A stretch of 64,000 nucleotides of DNA from Gnetum montanum (Eukaryota > Plantae > Gnetophyta), in assembly GCA_015680685.1 (NCBI GenBank), contig MNCI01002813.1:675259-739258 (forward strand). The letters are read 5' to 3'. The position numbers and the translations under genes were made by a program. Shown here piece by piece: positions 40,780 through 52,769 of this stretch. Within the stretch, counting starts at the first letter, position 1, and each line of letters opens with the position of its first letter. The notes beneath the pieces are model-generated. The model saw only the letters and a program-made list of their open reading frames with translations. It did no database searches and had not been told where the DNA came from.

Positions 40780-43700
40780 TTGTATCCCCCATAATGTAAA
40801 GCATACCTTCAGTAGCTCAAGGGTTGAAAAATGGATGAAAATGAGTAAGCCATTTAGAAGTTAAGGTGATTAGAAGATTCTTGGACTCTGAAAAATTACA
40901 AAAACTTCTTATCACTATTGGAAAATGGTAAAAAATGAGGTAATTATCTCATGTATTTATAGATTTTTTGTGCTATGTTTACGAGGCTGCATCATGCAAC
41001 TATTCTTAGCTATTTTTTCCATTTAGAACCATAAGAATTTTGATCAAGTTTTTGAATGAAACAAGATCCAAATGGAAGCTAAAAAGATGTAGAACAATAG
41101 GAACAACATGAAAGAGGGTAGGTTTAGCCTAGAAGAAGCAATTCTATTGGATTTGGCTAAGTAGAGAAAAAAAATGGTTGCTTTAATAATATTAGGATAA
41201 TTGATTTAGGAAGTGATCCATGGTAGGAAAATTAACTTAAGTTAGATCAAAGGAATTTAAGTGGGTCCTCCCCAAAGTAAGAATAGGACTATTATGCCTT
41301 TTTATACCTTCATCACAAAGAGTTTGTGAGCACCAAGGATGATGAATTATTGGGTTACCTTAAATTCCATACCCATAAAAGTAATTATCCCAAGGTTATG
41401 CTATATAGAAACAATACTAAATAATTTGCTATGATATGAGGTAGTGACATGGAAGAACATGAGATGAATTAATGGTAGAGAGAAAGAGAATAGGAAAGAG
41501 ATAATTAGCATCCTAGCCACATGAGGTTCCTAGTAAAAATTATGATTAAGATGATCTAATACCAATTCATTTCAAGTTTAGACCAAGTCCATTCCACTTT
41601 TAGTGATCTCAAATTGAAATATGACTTCTTCACATTGATCAAAAGTTTAGAATGATCCATAAGGTACAACTATCACTCCCAAAGAAGAAGGAAGTAGAAA
41701 GAGCCTTAGTTAGAGGGGTGTCTTTAAGCATGGATAATATGTATTTTTAGATCCATAACTAGTGCTTGTAGCTAATTATTGAGTCTAAGTGGTGTGCTTT
41801 GAATTTCCATGTTTGTTCTTTTTTTCATGGGAACCACACAATTCAAATACATGCTTCCTATTATAATTGAAAATAGAAGTGATGATATACCAATGGAGTA
41901 TCATAGAACTTAATAATGATGTTGAGGGAAATCATATCAAATTTATTTGAGGTCACACCCTTTTTCCTTTTCATTAATCCTTTCCTAGTTTGTTGGGTAT
42001 GAAGATCATTAATTACTTTAAAGCTACAATGTGAAAGAACCTTTGTGTTTCCAGGATACTAATTACCCATGGATCAAATGGAATGAATGAATGGTGTGAA
42101 CTCACTGCCTAATACCATTAGAAAATTGAAAATGTTTTGTAGAAAATATAATCCAAAGATAAAAATTGGCCTTTTGATTGATTAATCATAATAGTTATAG
42201 CTAATTTAATTAAATTTTTAGATTCATATTAGTAATAACAAAATCAAAGATTTCCAATAAGACTAGATGAATTATTAAAGAAGAAAAAGAAAAGAAAATA
42301 TCTAAAATAATAAATAAAATATTTAATAAAATGGAAAAAATATAAAAACAATGTAAAAAAAGATGTAAAATTGGTCAGCCTCATCAAGATGTTAATATGA
42401 ATGGCCATATCCCCTATGACTATGTTAAAGGAAGGAGATTCAAAAAATAGAGCATGCTTGTACATGCTAAAATGTATTAATGTTTTTGGTTACTTTGGAT
42501 TCCATGAATGACTTAAGTTGATGTATGTTCACTAACATACATTTGTAATGACTTGATGGGTGGTAAATGGTCATGGTCCTAAAAGAAATTGTTGCATGTA
42601 TGATGTAAGGTCCTTCCCATAAACTTTAAAACTTAGTGTGTTGTGGTACATGCATGGGATTCTAGTAAAGAACCTTAACATCAAGTTTGAAATTAACTCT
42701 TCTTATCCATGCATCATGATGTTATTTATGGTGTGTGTTGTTTACTTCATTCATCATCAAGGCTACTTGTCAATTCTCATCTATCCCATTAAGTATTATT
42801 AAATATTCTTTTTTGGGCTAGATTAATGTCTAGGTCAAGCTCATAGGCCATTTTAAGTGTACAAATTTTATCTTGGCTTGAAAATTTTGGCAACTTTTCA
42901 TATGCTAACTCATAGGAAGAACAACTTATAGGAAGCTTCCAAGTAGAATGATATGTCTAGAGAGCATCATTAAGTTTTGTTCTCCAATCCTTACTCTATC
43001 TATTGATTATTCCTATTAGGGTCCTAGTAATTTTCCTATTAGTAATCTTAGCTTAACTATTGGCTTGGGGATGATATAGGTTTGTAAGTTTATGTTGGAC
43101 CCCTAAGCATTGCATTAATTTTTGAAAAGTAGACTCTATGAAGTGTGTTCCATTGTCAAAAATAAGTTCTCTAAAGATACTAAACCTATTTATCACCTAT
43201 TCTTGTACAAACTAAGTTGTAATGTTAGATGTATATTTTGATACTACTGTAGTATCAGCTCACTTGGTGTAGTAATCAATGATAACTATGATGTATGCCT
43301 TTTCATTTAACATACAAGTCCCCATAAAGTCAATTTCCTAAAGGTTGATAGGCTCAAATGGTTTGATGCACTATTGGAATCCTTCCATCTGTACAGTCAT
43401 TCTTCCATCTCTATAACATCACTCACAAGAAGAGGAGAACTAATGAACATCCTTGAAGATGATTGGCCAAAAGTATCTTGGCATGAGGATCTTTGTGGAT
43501 GTCCTTCTTTTAGTGTAGTGGCCCCCACAAGGACCTTCATGAGCATTTTGGAAGATGCAAAACTAATTAGCATCAAGAAAACATCATCAAACTAGGCCAT
43601 TGGTACAAAGCTTGTAAAGTTTACCTTGGATTTCCATGTAATTCTTAACCTAGTGAAGAAACTGTTTCTTCTTCTTATTGTCCCATTTAGCTGAAGTCTC

Positions 43701-46700
43701 TTGTGTGGGAAGATAGAAGAAAAACTCATCATAAAAATTGGTAACCCTTTGTTCTTAAACTTCAATTAAGTTAGCAAAGAAAAGTTCCTCATCCTCCTTG
43801 CTATCCTCCATGCTATCCTATCATAACTAAGAAAAATGATCAACAACTACGTTCTTGATTCCTTTCATGTCTGCCATTGTAAGGTCAAATTCTTTTAAAA
43901 TTACCAACCACTATATGCCATAGGGGCTAATAGCTGTCTTTTTCATTCAAAAATGGATGGTACTATGATCAATATGCATAAAAATTTGGTATTCAAGCAA
44001 ATAGTGTTTGAATTTTTTCAACACATACACCACTACCATGAGCTCCTTCTTAATGGTTATGTAATTTAGTCATGCATCCACAATGCTTCTGCTTACATAG
44101 CAGATGTAATATGGATGTTTTTGGTTATCCAATTATGTATGCACTACCTCCAATGTGTAGTTGAATACATCCATCATTATGTGGAATGGTGGCCTAGACC
44201 AATCAGCAACACGTAGAGTTGAAGTTTCTATGATCTTTTCCTCAGCTACTAGAATGCTTGTTCACATTTCATAGTCCATTTGAAGGCTACATCCTTCTTT
44301 TTTAGCTCCACTAGTAACTTAAAAAAATTTAAAAAAATTTCTATGATGTGTCGATATTAACCAATATATCTAAGAAATGACCTCATATCTTTTACAGTTT
44401 GAGGTTGCCTACTAATTCCTTAGATAACCCATACTTTATGTGGGTTCACCTTAATCCCTTTTCCTAAAATTTAATGTCCCAAGACTAAGCCCTCTTGGAT
44501 CATCAAGTCACTTTTCTACCAATTGAGTTGTAGGTTTGTCTCCATACCATGCTTTAGCACTTGATCTAGACTATCCAAGACTTGCTCAAAGTTGGTACTA
44601 TAGGTGGAGAAGTCATCCACAAAAACTTCAATACAACTACCAATTTGCTATTGAAAAATACTAAGTACTAAGCATTGTAAATTTATGGAAGAATTACAAT
44701 GGCCAAATGGGATCTTCTTATATGAAAAAGTTCCCTAGGGACTTATGAAAGTTATCTTAACTTGGACTTCCAGTGCTATTTGAATTTGATTATATCCACT
44801 ATAACCATCCAAAAATTGTAGTAGTTATGCCCTACAATTTTATCTAGCATCTGGTTCACAAATGATAATGGAAAATGATCTTTAAGTGTTACCATTTTCA
44901 ATAGACTAAAGTCTATAAAGAATCTTCATTTACCTCTCTTTTTTGGCACAATCAAAATTGAGCTTACCCACTTACTATCTACTAAAAATAGATGAATTTG
45001 AACTTAAGAAGTTATTTCAGTTTGTCCTTAATAACCTACTTAAGTTTCAGATTCAATCTTCCTTACAACTACCTCCTAGGTTTTATGGAGGAGTTTTTAA
45101 GCATGGATATGTTCTTGTCAACTCATGCTATGACCATGAAAATGTTGTTGACCATTTTTTTCACTATTTGTAGTAGTAGCTTTCTCTAGAGTTGAATGAG
45201 ATTAGCATTGATAATTATGACTTTTCATTATTAAGAAAAGCATATTCTAATATTGTTGGTAAATCCTTAAGTTCAAGAGGGTTTAGCTTAAAATCACCAA
45301 GGATTTTCAACTCTTAGAAATTCATTTCTATACTTTTTTTGATGAGTTGTTTATGAAGTTTCCCCTTTCCATCCATGTGGTCTATGTAAGCACTTATGAG
45401 GAGCTTCACTGGTTCCATGCATATTGTTGATTTAGAATAATTATTTGTTGTCAACCACTGAGTATCTTCTTATTTTGTGGATTCTTCATATAGGAACCAT
45501 TGAATATTCAATGTCTCAACATACTTATTGCATGCTATGATGAATGTACTTTTCATAGTTCATATCCTTTGCACATAATGACACCCTATGTCACTATATG
45601 TCATGCATGGAACTTGCTTCTTCTTTAGCTTCATAAATTCATTTTTCTTGAATATATCCAAGGAAAGATCTCTGATCCCCATCTTTATATTAATTATATT
45701 AGTCTAAGCACTTTCCATGATAATAGAAAAGTCCCCTTTGTAATTATCCACATGGATCATCAAGAAATCTGCTAGATATGATCGACCACAGACGGTGATT
45801 ACAATATCCTTCACTAGTCCCAATGGAATAGAGATGTACTAATCAGCAAGTTCTAATCTAATGTTGCATTTCTTAGGTAGAGGTAGGTTCTAGGTATTTT
45901 ACATCTTTTGATAAATTAAGTTCACCTAAAAACTTGAATCTAGTAGAGCTTTGCAGGGATCATTTCTTGTAATCTATGAATAGATTAGTGGACTTCTAGG
46001 ATCATGTCATTTCCTCAGAAGGTTTCCTATCTTGATCCAATATATGACCAAATGAACATTTGATAAAATTTGATTTAAATAAGTCTTGAGGATAATTTTG
46101 GAAGTAGTTGAAGCACAATTAGCAACCACAAATGTCTGTAAAGGTTTTGGTAGACTTATTGATCTAAAGAAAGCCCTCTTTTTAGGCTTATGCTTAGAAC
46201 CACTCAAATAGCCATTTGACTATAAGTTCATTTCTATTATGGCATTTCATTATTATGGCTACAATGAAGAGTTTCCTTACATAGGTGATGCAGGTGGTAA
46301 GGAATTTGTATTAGAAATTTCTAGATGAGTTGTTGGATACAAATGATAATAAGTAAAGAAAGAATTTATTCTTGAAGTGGAGATTCTATGATATTCTAAA
46401 GAATATTAGTGATGAGAGAAAGGAGTGTGGCTCATAAAGCCATGAAGAAACACAAGTCACTAGACATAACACCATGGTGGTGACATCTTTCATGACTATG
46501 GTTTTTTCCATTGTTGGTACTGCTTCTAAGATTAAGGTGGTACTTCACCTGGATAATATTGTATTAGATGGAACTATTTCCTATAACTTTTTTATGGACA
46601 AGACAATATCTTCGGTGATTGCATTCTTGCAAATTTTTGATTTAATGCATACACCCTAGATTCCTAAAGATGTAATATGATGGGACAACATCAGTTGGAA

Positions 46701-46801
46701 TGTTCATATTGGTAAATTTTACATTCATCATCATCTATTTCTAAACTTATAACCTCATCCATTATTCCAGTCTTTTCTTTCTACTAATAGTAATCCCTAC
46801 C
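40780..46801 (-). mobile_element. Athila-like Ty3/gypsy element with pol (element B0). It is interrupted in gag by the Tat element and continues at 63660.
   Basis: Its 3' non-coding and protease regions are homologous to element A (41690-41775 ~ 16715-16790; 42400-42465 ~ 17425-17492; 45590-46040 ~ 17775-18220). The left boundary is uncertain. Confidence 0.8.
42600..46000 (-). pseudogene. pol: pol of element B0: protease, RT, RNase H, integrase (heavily degraded)
   Basis: RT motifs DGYSGYNQ (~44786-44810), KIPFG (~44702-44717) and EVFVDDF (~44609-44629). Integrase motifs IDFMG (~43320), IDYYTK (~43265-43282), DNGTHF (~43140-43158) and WEGP (~42610). Confidence 0.88.
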
Positions 46802-48205
46802 TAAAAAACCATGAAAATTTCGAGGCCTCAACGGTCCAACAAAAAGCTGGTGATTCAGGCAAAGGATTGCAACAAAGCACAACACAGCAAGTTCCTTTTC
46901 TGATTAAAAGCCTATCTTACCATGCTGCACGGCATAACACAAATGAATTCCAGAAGATAGCAAAATGACGGGTGCACAACGAAAATTTTTTGACCTTTCA
47001 AATTCTCTATGTTTCGAGAACCTTAGCTTTTTGGCATCTTACGCTGCATTATGCAACATGGGATAATGCAGCATAATGTCAGAAAGAAATCCACCACAAC
47101 ATTAAGGATGGAAAATGTCCAAAAACTTCAGCAACACTTCAATTTTCTGTAAGTGTACTATTTTATGCTAGATTATGCTATGAAGCGTAATTTGGTATGG
47201 TGTAGCGTAATTTGGCATGGTGTAGCATAATTTAGTAGGGTGTAGCATAATTTAGTAGGGTGTAGCATAATACAAGCATCAGCAGTCCATGCGGTGCAAT
47301 ACACTCTCTAGCATACTATAGCGTAATCAAGAAATCACCTGTTGTCGAAGCTCCAACAAGAGAAATTTACACTGTGTTGTTACACTTTAGAGCGTAAGGT
47401 AGTGTGGCACCGCAGACCTCAACAACCACCCCATCAAGTCAATGGCATTTTGCAAATTCAAGACACGCATCCTCTAAACTGCATATTTCTCTTGAATTTA
47501 ATCTTATAAATTCTCCAGCTAATAAAGAAAAGGGGGGCAAGAAATTTCTCAAAAGATTGAATGAATTTTCTCTGTGAGTGATTTCTTTTGCCCTTCCATT
47601 GATAATTGTTGATAGCTTTTGACAAGAAAACAAGAAGGATCAGTAATCGTAAGAATATAGAAGGCAATTGACAAGAATCTCCAGTCAAGAATAGCAGGTT
47701 GACAGACATTTTGCTTCAGATTGGCTCCCTTGTACACTACTAGAACGAGGTAGATCGACCTTTTCTTGCTTCATCTTTGAACAGTTTTTCTTGTTATTGG
47801 CACGTACTTTGCCCAGATCGAAGTCTACTTGTAATAGTTATATTCAATATATTTTGTTCATGAGGTGAATCCTAGATCTTTGGATTACCTGCATTCTAAA
47901 TCTGATCTCTTGTACCTCATCCATACGTCGTAAATCTTGCAAATCATCATAAATCTATTTCATCATTTTCAATTACCCGCTGAGTTAACGATATCATATC
48001 TTCCCATAAAGATCCATCATTTTATTATCTAAATATCACAAAATTTTTTACTGATCAAGTAAGTCCCTATCTGATCGACAAGACCATTCAGGGCACCTTA
48101 GATCTATTTTCTCTCTAGCATGATCCTCGCACGAATCCATGGTTAAAACTGTGTACACAGACTTTCGTTCGGTATTTCCAACGATTGAAATTTTCCATTG
48201 TTACA
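46802..48205 (+). repeat. 5' LTR of element T
   Basis: Colinear with 62296-63654. Starts TAAAAAACC (TG mutated) and ends GTTACA. Candidate TATAAAT at ~47505. Confidence 0.93.
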
Positions 48206-48211
48206 GTTTTC

Positions 48212-48229
48212 TAGCACTAGAAGGAGGGC
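48212..48229 (+). promoter_or_regulatory. Putative PBS of element T
   Basis: TAGCACTAGAAGGAGGGC, a few nt after the LTR, reads as a transition-decayed TGGCGCTAG... PBS. The cognate tRNA was not assigned. Confidence 0.55.
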
Positions 48230-48461
48230 CTTCATATCTGATTTGCATTTTATGGGTAATCTTGTAAGCTGTCTATACCCATTGTTAATCAATGTAAATG
48301 TAATACCTCTAAGATTATTTACGAAATTGTGTGGTGCAGATCGGTCTCTTCGATGATTCCTTTGGAATCCTACAAGATAGAAAGCCCCGATTATTATCTT
48401 ATTTCACCTTTGTCCTTCCAATCTCTACTTTTATCATCATTATCTTCGAATCATGTAAAAA

Positions 48462-51400
48462 ATGGTTACATCAACCACAGATTTTGACACTACCAACCTT
48501 GAGAATCCCTGGATCATGCAAGTCACACTTCCGGTGGTCGAGCCACCAACTAGTCCGATACGACCCCACCACTTCCTTAGGCTTCAAAACAAAGAGCCTG
48601 AGGAACATGCTCGACACAAGGAACACTACAATTTCATCTACACTAAGCTAGTGACAAACCTACCCATGTATTTGCAAGAACTTGAGGAAAAACAAGAGTA
48701 TGAGTTCATATACTACAATGGGAAGGAATTTATTCCTTTACCGAATGCCACTGTTCCCTTGATAGATCAAAAAAAGTGGATTCTAGATCAAATGTTTATG
48801 GTAAAGACATTGCCAGAACAACTAGAGGTCTTGTTCCATGATGAAATGCTTCACAATGGACAAGATGATCTAGAATCTCACTCTGAAGGAGGTAGTCATG
48901 ATGATTTCACCATGGCCCCTCCCTCAATGATGTCTTGTGTAAATCCATTGTTCATGGTTACCATGCCTCTAACATTATCCAATACCAATTGAGTCCCCCA
49001 TTCACTACGTTTACATTTTTTCTCTCCGACTATACTTCTGGGTGAAGGTCCCTCACAGGTCATTCCCTAGCAGATGCAATTGCCTAATCCACCCCATCGT
49101 ATGCTTGCACCTGTGTTACCACATGTACACACGATACCTATGTTCCAATTACCTACAACACTGACTTTTCTCCTGACTCACATGATAGAGCCTACCACCA
49201 TAGCATGGTGGGCTCCCAATATGTCTCTTGTTGCCCATCTTGTGCAAATGCACCACCATTCCCACCATCAAAGTCAAATCCCACAAATGCTAAACCCAGC
49301 TACGGAATCGCTACTCATGCCCCCATCTACACAAGCAGCATATCCAATGGCACAGCTGAGAATGGTTACCCCATCCACACCAGCTACTGGATGGTGGATG
49401 CCACAAGCTACACCACTTGCAAGGATCATCCTGATAGCACTGACTATCGACCAAGCTGCTGCCCCCATTCTATCACCCGGTGCGGCTCCACCATCTGCTT
49501 CATAGATGACCTCATCATCTACGGGCTTGACTCAAGCCTTCCAGCTCATTCAGACCCATATAGAGGAGGTAAAGCATCTCAAGGTAGCCAGTTCTGACAT
49601 GGTGCAAGTCATGGATTTTTACCACGATGATCCTATTAGTCCAGCAATCCCTATCCTATCATTGGCACCAGGAGTGTCCCTTCCCCATTTCACAAAATAC
49701 AATGGGGAAGGTGATCCCAATGCCCACCTAGTCAATTTTAGGTTAGAATCTTTGTTATTGCAACAATGGCCACATACTATAATCTGTGTTTTTGCTATGT
49801 CCTTAACAGGTAAAGCTATGGACTAGTATCGAGCCCTCCCATGTGCCTCCATTTCAACTTTGGAGGAGCTGTTAACTCAGTTTGTGATCCATTTTAAGTA
49901 TAACTTAAAGCTTGAAGTCACACTGGACCAACTCATGGGAGTTAAGAAAGACCTACTCGAGCCGGTCCAAAAGTTCATACAACAATGGAGCACCACCTTG
50001 AATGAAATTCGCGAACCCATCGCGGAAGCCCATCTACTGGCAATCTTCAAGGGAGCAGTTAATAACTTTATCAAGTCTAAGCTATATTACCTCACTCCCT
50101 ACTCCCTCAGCCAAGCCTTTGCTCAAACTAAGAGTATTCAAGATGTAGCGGAGGCTAGCAAAGACCCAACGTATGTGGTCTACAAGAATTCTCACAACAA
50201 AGGTAAGGACAAAGGCAAAGCCATGACGACTACAATTGTGGCAGTTGCTGAAGGGGACAAGAAGAAGAACAATAACAAGAAAATGCCCACAGAGTATGCT
50301 AAACAAACAACTATCTTGAATGGCATTAATCAAGAAACTCCTTCTACCCCTGAAGAACCTCCGCAGCCGAGGCCTAAATTTGAGTGTAAGGATCGTTCAA
50401 ACTATGCGACCCTACCCTTAAAGGCTTCTAAACTCCTTAAACAATTACTGGGAATAGGACATATTTGACACAAGATGGTGTCTAAGGAGGCTCTAAAATG
50501 CCACAGACACCATTGTGAGCTACTCAAGAACCCTTCTTTGGCCCAACCTAATGAACTGCCAGTGCCCAAAAACTTTAAGTTGGACAAGTTCTTCGACTAC
50601 CACCAATTGTGTGGCCATGACACAGACTACTGCTAGGTGTTGAAGGATGACATTTAGCATTTGATAGATCAAGGTGACTTGATCTTAGATAGTAGTATCC
50701 CAACACATCCTATAAACCAAGCCATGCATGTGTACCAAGACCCGTTGAATGCAAATAACACAGGGTACACAATCATCGTGGTAGGGGTAGAGGGTGATAA
50801 TCAGGTGCAGCTAAAATAACCTTTTGTGTTACGAATGCATCCTCACTCACCTCAAAAAATAGGTTTTCCAACACTGATGAGTGGCACTCCAAGGCAACCT
50901 TTCATCCTTCAAACTCTGTCTTAGAATGCTTCCCCACAGCCCCCTATCATTAAAGCTATGGCCCAACCCGCACCCACATCTAGAGCACCCTTAGTCATTA
51001 GGGTGTCAAAATCATCAACTATTCCCCCTATGCAAGGGAAGTCTTCTAAATCAACCTCTAATACTATTAATATGGCCAAGGACCCTCTTACTTTGGGGTT
51101 TCCCAAACCTCAACCCCTGGCTTCTATACCCTTGGCCCCACTTACTAAAAATGACAAGGTCACACGAACACAACTATCTCCTCCTGGCCAAAGGAAATGC
51201 AACCCTTAGCCAAATGTCACTCCTCCCTGTGAAATTTGCCTCTTAGGGTGAATGGAGGAAGAAAAGGATGACAAATAGCCCGATCATGGGCAGGATCTCT
51301 TCAATGCCCTAACACAAGTCAAATAGGCTATAGAACAAAAAAATACAACATTGAGCCTTTATGACTTTCTCATGACATCGCACACACATCATGAGGCTAT

Positions 51401-52178
51401 GGTCCACATGCTAACGTCCATACCTATGGATGAAAGCCTACCAGTGGATGAAGAAGCAATCCATTCTATCATGCTTCCCCTTACCGCTAAAAGAATTGAT
51501 CCTACCCTGTTGACCTTTCACAAAGAATCCATTAAGGATAATATTGAAGGGTCAGGTGACAACGGTGCCCATGTTCATCACCATCTAGGTCAGCCAACAT
51601 TGAATATAGAGGGTACATGTAAATGATGGAACAATCACTAATGTCATCCCTTATCCCATAGTGGATAAATTAGGCCTGATCGATTAGATCAGTCCCACAA
51701 CGACATCATGCCTAAAGTTGTTCAATGGGGCATGAGTGCAAGTCAAAGGGATGGTCCATATCAACTTTGTGGTAGGGGACCAGTTCCCCATAGATGCTAC
51801 GTTTATCATCATCGAGGAGATGCCTAGATTCAATTTGATCCTTGGGAGGTATTGGTTAGCCCAATTGAGGGTTGTTTCATCACCCATCCATCAGGAAATC
51901 CATTTGCCTTACATATGAGAAGAAGTGCTATCTGTGGTGATGAAATAACCCCTCAGGCTATTAATAACATAGAGACAGAACAAGGGTCAGAAATTGAAAT
52001 GCCTGAGAATCAATCCCCTATCCAAATAACCGGGCAAGCCGAAATAGTGGCTGATGATAGCCTAATTTGGGCTGAGCTACCGTTCCAAGGAGAAGATGGT
52101 GATGCAAAGGAAAAGGGCCATAAATCTCCCCATCCTTATGCACCATTAAAGATCAAAGAAATTAAGAAATGGCTATAA
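48462..52178 (+). pseudogene. gag: gag-protease of element T, with a long Pro-rich N-terminal region
   Basis: The ORF pieces at 48462, 49074, 49506, 49860, 50958 and 51351 are all in one frame. Capsid motif LPHFTKYNGEGDPNAHL..FAMSLTGKAMD, Tat-type knuckle FDYHQLCGHDTDYC (~50590-50635), protease VHVNDGTITNV (~51613) and NLILGRYWL. Confidence 0.88.
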
Positions 52179-52360
52179 AGTTAGCCCATAAACGATGTTG
52201 TCTGACTATTACAATTCCATCATCTATTCTACTCACGTTTACTAGTTATAATTTATACTTGTATTTACACTTTCCACTAGCTAGTCTCATTATGCCTATG
52301 TTTATCTTCATGTTTATGTTTATGTTTTCACCAGTTATCTTCCTTACTCCTATCACTCAA

Positions 52361-52762
52361 AGGCCCGAAATGGCCTTAAACTAGAAATTTTATTTATGCT
52401 TTGTATTTGAATCTCATTTATGATTGGAATGCAAATTTCATTTACGCTTTATACCTGAATCTAATTTACGCTTTGTACCTACATTTAATTTATGCTTTGT
52501 ACCTTAAACTATCCATGGCCTGAAATGGCCTTAAACTAATCACAGCCTATCATAGCTTAAAATCGATGACTTAATGTTTGTTTGATTCCTTCACTCATAT
52601 AGCCAAGGCCCAAAATGACCTTAAACTATCCCAGGCCCAAAATGGCCTTAAACTATCCTAGGCCCAAAATGGCCTTAAACTATCCCAAGCCCGAAATGGC
52701 CTTAAACTATCCTAGGCCCGAAATGGCCTTAAACTATCTATGGCTCACAATAGCTTTAAACT
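52361..52762 (+). repeat. 27-bp tandem array (GGCCCRAAATGGCCTTAAACTATCCYA)
   Basis: Five to six adjacent copies at 52606-52762, plus dispersed copies at 52361 and ~52517. Confidence 0.92.
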
Positions 52763-52769
52763 ATATATT

